Of a stretch of DNA of 64,000 bases, positions 52,621 to 64,000 are shown in pieces. The translations under genes were made by a program, and so were the position numbers. The notes below the pieces were generated by a model. That model worked only from the letters and a program-made list of their open reading frames with translations. It was not told where the DNA came from and ran no database searches. The stretch is from NCBI GenBank assembly GCA_973895155.1, contig OZ316894.1, forward strand, positions 17,824,563-17,888,562. Reading direction: 5' to 3'. Within the stretch, counting starts at the first letter, position 1; each line of letters starts with the position of its first letter. This stretch comes from Marsupella aquatica (lineage: Eukaryota > Plantae > Marchantiophyta).

Positions 52621-54057
52621 TTGCCACGGTCCTCACATTGCTCACCTGTGCCCTCTTGCTGCCTTATATGCCATCGCTCGCCGGTGACAAGCTCGCCGTA
52701 CCTCACCCCCTTGCCCGCGCCTGGACTGTGGCTTCAGGCCAAAAAATCCTGCTTCGCCCGTGGCCGGCTGGGTCGTTGCCGCGCTTGGACCACGGGCTGT
52801 CGGCTAGGGGCGAGCATTGGGTGGCTCACGATGCCCATGCAATGATTGAGCTCCCTTCCTCGCCTCCATGCGCCCCTGGAGTCAGCAAGTCTCAGTCATC
52901 CTGCCACGGCCGTGCGGTTATGTGTGCACCTGGACTTCCACAATGCTGACTTGCCCTTGCTGATGACCTTTGGGGCTCTTTGTCCGTGCCACAGCGGCGG
53001 CTTAAATGCTTCGCATGTCAAGCGACGCCTGACTAACGCTACGCTCATCAGATGCACCGAGTACTATTTGGGTTGGAGGCCAAAATTTGAGTGTTAAATG
53101 TGGTCTGAGGGTGGTAGGACCCCAGAAGTATATATAAGGGGACTAACATTTTGGAGAATGAGATGCATGTGACCATCGGATTGAGGTGCCAATGACCATC
53201 AGAATTGATGGTGGCCACCGCCCATGGGTGATGGCCATGGCAATGGGCCATCCTATCACAAAAATGAAATATGGTTAATTTTCCACAAATTTGGTGGGGT
53301 CCCCCACATTTATAAACAAGGGTAACAGATGGTGGCCTCACTCGGGGGGGGTCACTATATGAAGGGTCATACATCACGTGCGACGGTTTGGATCATTTAT
53401 GACCCCCTAAGTCACTTTCCAGAAAATTGTACGGCACCAATCATGTGATGACACGTATGCATTTTGCAATTAAACAACCCTATATTTCCATCGAAGACTT
53501 AATAAGTCTTCCGCCAAAACCATTTAAATGGCCCTATACTTCGTCGCACATGATATGCCACTTCCATGGAAGTGACCCCCCCGAGTGGCCTCACCCCAAA
53601 GGTTACGGCCGCGGGGATGGGTGACCCCAACATGGACCCCAACATGGATGCGAACATAGAATATGGTTGCTACACAATTTATTTTGGCCCCTCCAAAGTT
53701 CGTCATGTGAGCTCTATGGCACCCAATGAGAGTTTGAGCTTGATTGGAAGCCGGGGATAAATGGTTAAATAGGGATAAATGGAAGCATAGTGAAAACCAT
53801 AGGGACAAGAGACATGATCCTGGGAGTAGGATGATCGCCACCAAGGTTGGGAGGGTGAGACGAGGGATTGTGGTAAGCGGTATCCTCGACGGATATTGGA
53901 TCTCCTCAGATGTCTCGAGTCTCTTGCAAAGGTGTGGCTCAACCGGTGTTCAACATAGTTAGGGGTTTGTTAGCTTGATTTTGGGTGCATACAAAATTTT
54001 CATAGGTTTTGTGGGTTAGATGCAGTCAATGAAGGGGTTTAAGAGAGAACCTGGACC

Positions 54058-57000
54058 ATGAGGACCCCACGCGAGAGACTGGAAGCTGATCGGGAGTGGC
54101 ATGCCCATAATAGGGCAGTCGCAAATGCAAGGCGTCACCAACGACATGCTGAGCGACGGCTACAAGAGAGGGCTGAAGTTTGTATGGTGCCACAACCAAC
54201 TTCCACACCAACTGTGGGACCTTTGGTCGCGGTAGCAAGTATTCCACCAAGTCCATTACTTTTGGTACCAGAACCAAGTGCCACAACTGTTGCACCAAGT
54301 CTGGCGTCTGCCCGCACAGTTAGTGGTCGACAACTACGGCACGAAGCAAGGGCACCGCGGCGGGCACCAGCAACATCATTGGCCTCCTTTGAGGGGTCAA
54401 GTACAAGACCAACTTGGGGACCAACTTTGGCATTTGCCGCGCAAATAGTGGAAGGCAGCTTCGCCGTGAAGCAAGGGCTGCTCAACAGGCATCGGCCAGA
54501 TCCATCGCTATTGGTACCAGCCCAGATCCCGTGAATGGATTATCGGACTCTCCCATGTTCGATGAAGGTTGGCTCATTGATGGTGCCTTGGATGCATGTG
54601 GGGTTGACCAGCCTCCAGAGGATTTTGCCATTGGCCCACTGTGCAAGCCCATAACCAACAATGGGACACAACAACTTGATGTCTTTGAAGAGGATTGGCT
54701 CATTGATGGCGCTTTACAAGATGGGGTTGCCTTTATGGCTCAGCCCCCGCCCTGTGAATCCATTCCAAACAATGAACGGTCCGACCCTGACGTCTTTGAT
54801 GAAGATTGGCTCATTCATGGTGCTCTTCATGAGGGGCCAAATTTGACCCTCGATGATGGGGGTGATCAATTTGACACATTTGTTGAGGGCACCTTGGATT
54901 TGTCAAACAAAGATGGAGAAGAGGAAAGTGAGCATATGCTCCAAGAGGAAATGGGAGGCACAAATCTTGCATCGGATACTCCGGCTCAACCCAATCCACG
55001 TGTTGTTTTGCAGGAGCGCCAAAGATTGGAATAGATCCAACGGTTACCGAAGGCAAGACAGCCATTGGACCCTTCAATGGGTTGACATCTTTTGGGACGT
55101 ATGAACATTGAGTGCCCACAATGCAAAGCGCTTCATTGGATCAAAGAGTGCAAGTCAAGGACGCAACGCAACCCATTCTTTACCATGTGTTGCACCGGAG
55201 GGAAGGTGGTATTGTTTGAACTTGGTGATCCCCCTGAACCTCTATGAAGTTTGTTGATTGGTACCAATGCCGTAGCTATAGCATTTCGGAAGAATATTCG
55301 AGGCTACAATAATGTATTGGCATTTACGTCCCTAGGTGTTAAAATTGACGAAAGGGGTGGTAATCAAGGCCCATATTCCTTTTGTATTCAAGGAGCATTA
55401 TATCATCGTGCCGGTAGCCTCTTGCCGCCTGATGGAGAAGGACCAAAATTTGCTCAGCTGTATATTCATTATACAGAAAATGAGTTGGGAAACAGGTAAA
55501 TAAGTTATATGTGCAACATTCTTGAAAGCTTTTTCCTTTCATATTCTAAGTATGTTTCCAGTAAGTTGTGTCTCATGGCTTTTTCTTGGGTTGTAGGATG
55601 AACAGGATGCCACAATTGGATCATGTTGTGTTAGCTTCATTGCAAGACATGTTGCATACATACAATCCATATGTGGGGCTCTTCAAAAATGCGGGGAGCC
55701 ACATTGATGGCACTGAGGTGGCAGAGGTATCGCTACGTATTATAGCAGAGCGAGATGCTAACCCTAGGCGCTATAATAAGCCCACAACAGATGAAATTGC
55801 CATGATTATGGTGGGAGAGGAAGATATTGAAACACGTGGTAGGGACATAATCCTAAGGAAGAGGAATGGTGGCCTACAAAGGATTTCTGAGTGGCATCGG
55901 TCGTATGCTCCCCTTCATTATGTTTTGCTTTTTCCTCATGGACAGGATGGGTGGTCTTATGACATCCCATTGGCAGGCCATGAATTCCAAGATGGAATTA
56001 TTGTGGTTGTTGAAGCAGGAGCGAGGGGTGGGCAAAATGGTTCTAAGAAGGTGACCCAACTTCAGTACTATGCGTATAGGTTACATGCAAGGCGGGGGGA
56101 TGATTGGTTGCTTCGTGGAGGACGATTGCTCAAGCAATACATTGTGGATGCTTATGCATGTATTGATCAAACACGACTCACCTACATAATTCAAAATAAT
56201 CAGAAGAAGCTAAGGACCGAGTTGTATCAAGGGCTACAAGATGCAGTTCAAAATGAGGACGCACGAGCAAGTGATGTGGGTAGGACCTATATTCTACCAT
56301 CAACCTATGGAGGTAGTGCACGACATATGATGCAGGCCTATCAGGATGCCATGGCGGTTGTTTGAACGTATGGGCCTCCAGACCTTTTCATAACTTTTAG
56401 GTGCAATCCTGAATGGCCTGAAATCAGAGCGGAGTGCTATGTACCCATACCAGACCCCAGCTGACCACAATTAACATTGTGGCGAGAGTGTTCAAACTTA
56501 AGTTGAAGGCCCTGTTGGCAGACATTCGGACAAGGGTATTAGGTAGACCTATTGCCTCTATGTATGTCATTGAATTTTAGAAGAGGTGTCTACCGCACGC
56601 CCACATACTGATAATATTGGTGGAACGACATAAGTTGCGTGCACCCCAGAGTTGGTTGACAAATTGGTTTCGGTAGAGATACCGGACGCGCAAGTACATC
56701 CCCCAATTATATCAGACTATTATGAAGTCTATGGTCCATGGTCCATGGTCCATGCGGTCGCGGGTATCCAAACTCACCTTGCATGGTTGATGGACAGTGC
56801 AACAAGGGCTATCCGCAATCATTTTCATCCAAAACTGTTTTTGGAGATGATGGGTATCTTATGTATTGACGTCGGGATGATGGCCGGAGTTTCTCAAAAG
56901 ATCGAAGCAGATTTAAGTTTGACAATAGGTGGGTTGTTCCTCATAGTCCATATTTGAGCATGAGATTTAATGCTCATATCAATGTGGAGATTTGTTCTTC

Positions 57001-59367
57001 GATTAAAGCAATCAAATATTTATATAAGTACTGTTATAAAGGGCACAATAAAGCAACGGTGGAGGTTGAGCAACGAGACGAAGTAAAGGAGCATTTAGAT
57101 GCTAGATATGTGTTTGCTGCTGAAGGAGTATATATGGCGCATCAATCAGTTTGAAATGTCTGAGAGTACTACTTCAGTGCAAAGGTTGCAGGTGCATTGT
57201 GAGGGGGAACAATCTGTAATGTTCAATGAGGATTCTAAGATCAATGATGTGGTCCAACGAGAATCTCATAGGGACACAACCCTCACAGGGTGGTTCAAAG
57301 CTAACACGTTACATGAACGTGCGAGACAACTTTTCTACAACAATTTCCCCAATGAGTTTGTGTGGGATGCATCCTCACGTGCATGGAACCCACGAAGAAG
57401 AGGGTTTAGCATTGGTAGGATGTATTTTGTGCCGCCAGCCGCGGGTGAACAATATTACTTGAGGGTGCTTCTTCTTCACATCAAAGGTGCAACATTGTTC
57501 ATCGACCTCCACACATTTGAGGGCCCAATGTTTACCCAACCTTTCAGGCCGCGGCTCTTGCCCGGGGTTTGTATGAGAACGATGAGGAGTGGGATAGATG
57601 CCTTCAAGAAGCAGCAAGCATGCACACCGGTGCGCAAATTTGGCAACTATTTATCACAATATTGTTGTTTGGAGGTGTTGCCAAACCGTGCGACCTGTGG
57701 ACACAACATGCATCCAATTTGAGTGATGATTGTAGGTATCGTTTGCAATCAATGGGCTTCTTAGATTCTACGAAGCAACAGCAACAGAGCTTTGCTCTAC
57801 ATTTGATGGATGAGGCTTTGAAAAGTGTGGGTAAAACATTGTTGGAGTTTGGTCTATCGGAACCAGGTATGGAGTTTTTCCAAGAGGAAGAAAATAGAAA
57901 CCGGTTGATAAGAGAGGAGACACATTACCCAATGAATGTACTTCTACAACAACTTGCAGAGTAGGAGCCGTTGTTGAACAAGGGTCAAAGGGCAATGTAC
58001 ACTACAATACTTGCAGCGGTGAGGGCTCAAGATGGAGCGACATTCTTTATTGATGGACCAGGGGGACGGGCAAAACATTTGTGGAGAATGTTCTACTTCG
58101 GAGAGTCCGTGCAGATGGGGACAATGCATTGGCCGTAGCTTCCTTGGGTATTGCAAGTCTTTTGTTAGATGGAGGTCGCACCGCACACTCAAGATTCAAG
58201 CTACCATTGAAACCAATCTCGACATCGACATGCAGCATCCAAAAACAATCTGACCTTGCTGGATTACTGCGAAGGGCAACTTTTATTTTGTGGGATGAAG
58301 CACCCATGATCCATTGGCATGGAGTGGAGGCGTTGGAGAGAACTTTACGCGACATACAAGATAACAATCAAATCTTTGGAGGGGTTGTAGTTGTATTTGT
58401 AGGTGATTTTTGACAAGTGCTTCCAGTGAAGGCAAGGGCAAGTCGTCTGGAGATTGTGGGGTCGTGTTTGAAGAAGTCTTATGTGTGGAGACTTAGTATA
58501 CGGACTTTGAAGCTAACTGAAAATATGCGGGCAAGAGGAACCAATGCATCTCCTGAATTTGGTAATGTTACATTTGCGGAGTGGCTACTACAATTGGGAG
58601 ACGATAAACTCCCAAAAGGAGGGCCTTCAAATAATCTTATTACTTGCCCTGAGTCTATGGTGGTGGATGGAGGACGAATGGAATCATTGATTTAGGCAAT
58701 ATACCCGACTCTTGCTAATGTGGACGATAGGTTCTTAAGTGAGAGAACTATCCTGGCGCTGACAAATGATGAGGCACTAAAAATTAACGACTCTATCTTA
58801 GAAGGACTTCTTGGGGATTCAAGTGAGTTTTTTAGCGTAGATCGTCCAGATCAGCTCAAAGGGGAGAATTTTTACCCTACGGAGTTCTTGAATACACTCA
58901 CGCCAAGTGGTCTACCACCTCAGAAGTTGGTATTGAAGGTTGGATGCCCTATCATTTTACTTAGGAATATAGATCACTCTTTGGGGTTGTGTAATGGTAC
59001 TCGGCTAATTGTGAGAGCAATGAATCGTCGTGTCATTGAGGCACGTGTTCTCATAGGAAAACATGCAGGGACCCTTACATTTATCTCACGGATTCCGTTG
59101 ACGTCTGACGAGTCACTTCCTTTTTTATTACGTAGGGTCCAATTTCCCATTCGAGTGGCATATGCAATGACCATAAACAAGGCTCAAGGTCAGACTTTAG
59201 AACATGAAGGGTTGCAACTTTCAAAGCCTGTATTTAGTCATGGACAGTTGTATGTAGCATTCTCCAGGGCAACATCACCTACAACTATCAAGGTTTTACT
59301 TTCAGATTCCGAGGAGGGTCAAGCAAAGTTGACAAAAAATCTTGTATATGATGAGGTTCTTTATTGA
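54058..59367 (+). pseudogene. Helitron RepHel (HUH endonuclease plus PIF1 helicase), disrupted
   Basis: CPQCKALHW...MCC zinc motif (~55110-55195), YNNVLAFTSLG, YVLLFPHG, YQDAMA, EF*KRCLPHAH, KYLYKY, WDEAPM, GDF*QVLPV, QFPIRVAYAMTINKAQGQT, FSHGQLYVAFSR; multiple stops and frameshifts; intron 55496-55596. 5' boundary uncertain. Confidence 0.93.
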
Positions 59368-59464
59368 GTGCCTAAATAAAGATTGTATCACTTTTGTATT
59401 AATCTCTTTCTCTTTTTGCCTGAATTATAAGTTTGCAATGCACAACCATGTTTGTCTCGCCTCA

Positions 59465-59800
59465 AAAACTTACCCTCACCTTGACATCTTGCTCTCACTT
59501 CAACATCTTGCCCTCACCTCCAAATCTTGCCCTCACCTCGACAACTTGCTCTCATCTCAACATCTTGCTCTCACTTCGACATCTTGCCCTCTCCTCGACA
59601 TCTTACCCTCACCTCCAAATCTTGCCCTCACCTCAACATCTTGCCCTCTCCTCGACATCTTGCCCTCACCTCAACATCTTGCCCTCTCCTCAACATCTTG
59701 CCCTCACCTTGACATCTTGCCCTTGCCTCCAAATCTTGCCCTCACCTCGACATCTTGCCCGAGATCTTGCCCCCTCCTCGACATCTTGCCCTCACTCGAA
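59465..59800. repeat. 19-bp minisatellite in the Helitron 3' region
   Basis: About 17 copies of ATCTTGCCCTC(A/T)CCTC(A/G)AC. Confidence 0.95.
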
Positions 59801-60619
59801 GTCTTTCATGCAACGCACGGGCATGGGGCTAGTCGTATATGAGCTTGATATTTATCTGACATCATCTCAAATATATATATATTTTCACTCATGAAAGTAC
59901 ACACCTTGGAAGGAGAATCTTTTGGGGCATGAAAAACTTTTTGGATTTTTGCATACAGTATCATGAGTATGAGACTCTAGAAGGAAGAAAAATAGGTTAA
60001 ATTTGCTTTTCACTCCCTTTTCTTCTCTTCTCTGTCTTTAACTGTGCATTTTTTTGATTTATTTAATGGTGGCAAGGTAAGAAAAGGGGGGAGGAATGGA
60101 GTTGCAAAGGAGTGACCAAAAAAGAGTAAATTTTAAATGTTTCATTCCCAATAGTATTGTGAGACCACACCTTGACCCCGCATAGCACCCAAGGGCCATC
60201 ACCTCTCGTGCGCTCCCTGTGACCGTCCCACATCCTTGCATTCCCCAACAACATAGCTTTCACAACAATAACAACATCCTTTTCCAAAATAATATATATT
60301 AAGGCAAAAGCAAAAAGGCAATTGTTTGTACATTTTTTGCTTCTGTTTGTTTGTTTTACCTTTGGTATAAATATGGTCCCAAATTTTGTTATTCCATCTA
60401 AACCTCCAACATTCTTTTTAAAAAACTTTTCAAAGAATGCATCTTTAATGAAGGCCAATAAGATCAAGCTCCCAACATTTTTCTCTAGAGCACTTGTCTT
60501 ACTTGACATGTCCCTTCATCTCTACTAGTCTCCCTTTTGCCCTACTTCTTTCCCCTATTGGGAGCCCAGCTCAGATTTTCCCCCATTTGCATCTTTAGTA
60601 TCATCAATAAGAAAGATTT

Positions 60620-60952
60620 TTATTTTTTTTGTCTTGAACGGAAATGGGGAGGAAATACAATTAGACTCCCCCCACCCCAATGTGATAGTTTTTCTCTAGG
60701 GAACCCAGACCAAGGTGAGCCCCAACTGATCCAATAGGGACTTGCACTAGGAAGGAGAAAGAATTAAATCAGGGCCACAAAGTGGGCAACCAGGGGTTGA
60801 GCAGATAATAAGAACTTCAATCCACTACCCACAAAACACATCCCACCCACACACATATACCCTCCACACCCGAGTGTGTGGAGGGGGGATTGAACCTGGG
60901 ACCTCTCAGTTCCAGGCAAATCCTCTAGCCAATTGACCTAAGCCAATTCATT
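60620..60952 (-). mobile_element. tRNA-derived SINE
   Basis: Minus strand reads TGGCTTAGGTCAATTGG (A-box-like)...GAGGTCCCAGGTTCAATCCC (B box); A-rich tail at ~60620-60630; TSD ATAAGAAAGATTT (60607-60619) vs ATAATAAAGATTT (60953-60965), one mismatch. Confidence 0.8.
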
Positions 60953-61379
60953 ATAATAAAGATTTCTTGCCCAACTCTTGCACATGTACTCTCAACACCC
61001 ATTTGAGCCTTATCCAATAGTTTTGTGTTGACTTGTACTAGATTATTTGATTACATAATTTCACATGCTATTTCAACAAGATCTGCACATTGACAATACT
61101 TTTCACATGAAATGTGCAAAAAAGAATTATGGCAAATCCAATATTCTTAGTTTAATCCACCTAAAACCCTTTAATCAACAGTTCTTTATGTTACCTCAAT
61201 GTATCTATGCGATGCTTTGGCATTGGGCACATGGCCGCAAGAACGACATAGCCACAACATACACCCTCATGACTGGAGTGATTGCATCGCCATAATGATA
61301 GCATGGTCAGAACAAGATTTGAAATGTCTAAACACCTTGCTTGCCTTTCTTTGCATTGTCTACATTTCTTTGACTCACT

Positions 61380-62087
61380 TGCCTTTTTTGCAGAATTTGC
61401 CTCGGCTCAACATGTTCACCTTACCCTAACATCTTTGCCTCAATGCAACGTACATCTAAACTTGCCCCAACATTTTTGCCTTCTCTCGCCTTGACACTTT
61501 TCCTTGCCTAAACATCTTTTCCTAGCCTTATCTCAAAATGTTTTTCTACTCCACATCTTTTGCTCACCTGGACATGTTTTCTCTCCACAAATCTTTTTTC
61601 TCTCCTCAACATGTTTTTTTCATCTCAAAATCATTTTCTCTCTTTGACATCTTTTCTCACCTCAACATCTTGTCTCTCTTGACAATTTTTATCACCTTGA
61701 CATTTTTTGTTCTTTTTGACATATCTTCTCTCCTTGAAATATTTTTCTCTCATCAACATCTTTTGTTCACCTAGACATCTTTTGCTCAACTCAAAATTAA
61801 ATCTTTTCTCTCCTCTTATCACTTTAGAATCTTTTGCTCACCTTGATATTTTTTCTCTCCTCGACATGTTTTATCACCTTGACATCTTTTGCTCTCCTCA
61901 ACATTATTTATCACCTCAACATTTTTTGCTCACCTTGACATCTTTTGCTCACCCTAACTCACTTTGTCACCTCAACATCTTTTTCTCTCTCTTTGACATC
62001 TTTGATCACCTTGACATATTTTGCTCACCTTGACATCTTTTGCTCTCCTTTACATCTTTTATCACATTCATATCTTTTGCTCACCTT
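61380..62087. repeat. Degenerate 19-20-bp minisatellite related to the Helitron 3' repeat
   Basis: Many copies of CATCTTTTGCTCACCTTGA-like units; ends abruptly at the LTR start. Confidence 0.85.
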
Positions 62088-62420
62088 TGTTAGGGTTTTG
62101 ACTCAACCTCGGCTAGGTTATCTAGAGTTAACATTAGTTGACTAGACTCTTCATGAAGGGGTAACCCTCTTTGTATCCCTTGGAGAAACAACACTTAGAT
62201 GAAAACTTTATGTGAGAGAGAAAAAGATGTGAGAGAGAAAAAGCTTGGAGCTATGGTGATATGTACTTTTTGTGTTCATAGTGAAGCTCTTGGTGCGGCC
62301 ATGGACGTAGCCCAAACGGGATGAACCATGTATCTTTGTGTTGGTATACATGTGTGTTATATGAGTGGTGATGTTGAGACATCATGCTGACTAATTTGAT
62401 CCCACAATTGGTATCAAAGC
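62088..62420 (+). mobile_element. 5' LTR (TG...CA, ~320 bp) with tRNA-iMet primer-binding site
   Basis: TGTTAGGG at 62088, ...CCCACA at 62406, then TGGTATCAAAGC at 62409-62420 (one mismatch to the canonical TGGTATCAGAGC). Confidence 0.75.
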
Positions 62421-62700
62421 TTTGGTATGGGATTAGTTGATGTCTCAATGGTTTATCGTGACTGACTGACAATTTTTTGGGATGAAATTTAGAAATCTGA
62501 ATGTTCTCATACAAAGCGATGGTCGGATTAGCAATTATATGGAGTACACAATTGCACGTTTAATTGAGAGAATGATTAATTATGATCGAGCAATTTTAAT
62601 TTTCAGTTTAGACAATTTTTGAGATCCCAACTTAATTTCTAAAGAGAACATGGCATATGTGATGTTATTTTGATTTGTTTTGAGATGTTAATAACCATTG

Positions 62701-63030
62701 TGTAAGAAACCGTCAACTCCATACAAGACAACAATGTAGAACATGAGAGCACTCAATCTCACACTACACCAACAAGACACCATGATGCATGGAGAATGAT
62801 CCAAAGCTCATGAGAAAGTATATGTGAAGAATGAGGGAAAGAATGCATTCCCTTAAACCTATACCCCCCAAGGGGAATTGAAATGTGTGGGCCTAAATAA
62901 GTGGATCTTATCCTAAACTAACCAAGGGTCAACTAACCCTAGTAAGGCCAAACTAACTAAAGCTTGGAACTCAAGTCAATTCCTAACCCATTGAAGATAA
63001 CTTGATCGGGGTCCCGATCGGGGTGATACA
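62701..63030 (-). mobile_element. Possible second LTR in opposite orientation
   Basis: Minus strand begins TGTATCACCCCG (63030) and ends TTCTTACA (62701); LTR-like composition; no partner LTR or coding region in the window. Confidence 0.35.
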
Positions 63031-64000
63031 CCTATGAAGCATGATTGTGGAAAAAGTGGTAAATTGAGCTGCAGTCCACGAGAGTGCAATCCACGGGACT
63101 TGATCAAAAATAGTGAATGTCACACCATTTAGAGTGGTAGTAAAGTATATCGTACTATCTAGGTATAGAGGTTTTGTATGTATGCTACATGAGCACTATG
63201 TTTAGTTTGAGTTGGTGTGAGGGATAGTTATCCCCTTGTGTTGGCTCAAAGGCCTCATCTTTCAATGTTGAGCCTTTGAGCATGAGCTTGGTGGCTATGG
63301 TGTGGCTGACCAGGTTGTGTGCATGTAACGTGGATTCCTTGAAGCACAAGGTGCGTTGGGCTTGACATACATGTGTGATCGCGTCGGATGGAATCGTTGT
63401 TGGATTAGCACCGATCGTTGTTCGATTTGCACTATTGAAGAAGATTATATTGAAAGATGACCTTCAAATTTTGATGTACGGATTGTGCAAAAGAAGTTCG
63501 ATTTCGTTGTGGTTTTGTTGTTGACGATTCGTGGTATCTCGGATCGGGTTTTGTTGTTGAACGGATTGCTGGTATCTCGATCTGTTACAAGTTGGTGTTG
63601 AGAAAGCTCGAGTGAATGCGGAGCTTTGAGTTGTTGAGTTGCGCATTTGGAGTTGCGGTTTGCATCGGTCGACACTGCAGCATTTTGGAGGGCTGAGTGT
63701 GCAGTCGATGATCGGAAGTTGCCGTCGACTATTGTGCGCAGATTACTGAGAGTATTTGCTGCGGTTTTGTGAAGGCAAGTCGGTCAGACTTGTGATTGTT
63801 TGTGATTCTGGTTGGGGATGGTTCCAATCGGGAATTGATAGTTGAAGTTGTATCTTGCGGATTTGAGATTCGTCAAGCTTGATGCCGACGGATAGTGCAT
63901 TTCTTTGAAGAAAGCGACATTTGATGTTGGCAAATTGCATTGCCTACGGCAACGTAGCGCACTGCGGAGAGGCGACGTAGCGCATCACGGAGAGGCGAGG

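Larger units (their letters stand above)
51717..59832 (+). mobile_element. Full-length Helitron, inactivated
   Basis: 5' A|TCTAACACTATAATAC at 51717; 3' imperfect hairpin ATGCAACGCACGGGCAT then CTAG|T at 59829-59832; internal Rep/Pif1 helicase remnants. Confidence 0.92.

Noticed and set aside
51778-52949. Two 355-aa ORFs as captured genes
   Set aside because: Open in several frames on both strands because of GC-rich repeats; low-complexity translation with no domain motifs.
59342-59894. ORFs of 153-166 aa after RepHel
   Set aside because: Translations of the 19-bp minisatellite.
60875-60950. tRNA gene
   Set aside because: No proper acceptor stem or cloverleaf; the body, tail and TSD indicate a SINE.

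Overview
Eukaryotic, intron-rich land-plant nuclear DNA, most consistent with a bryophyte (probably a liverwort; inferred, not proven). Four intact spliced genes were assembled by hand: exonuclease 1 (EXO1, minus), Mg-protoporphyrin IX monomethyl ester cyclase (CHL27/CRD1, plus), a ~40-exon ABCC/MRP transporter lacking TMD0 (plus) and an Ap4A/RppH-type Nudix hydrolase (minus). Three minor-spliceosome (U12) introns are visible: one AT-AC and one GT-AG in EXO1, and one GT-AG in the ABCC gene. Intergenic DNA is a transposon landscape: a full-length but decayed 8.1-kb Helitron, a 5'-truncated L1 with a 14-bp TSD, a tRNA-derived SINE, a decayed CRE-type non-LTR element, a foldback element, a decayed Myb/SANT-like transposon ORF, LTR fragments and several minisatellites, one of which multiplies TGACG motifs just upstream of the ABCC gene. 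No CRISPR, rRNA or genuine tRNA gene was seen. I found no compelling new multi-gene system; the best leads are the ABCC U12 intron and architecture, the TGACG promoter array, and peculiarities of the Helitron.
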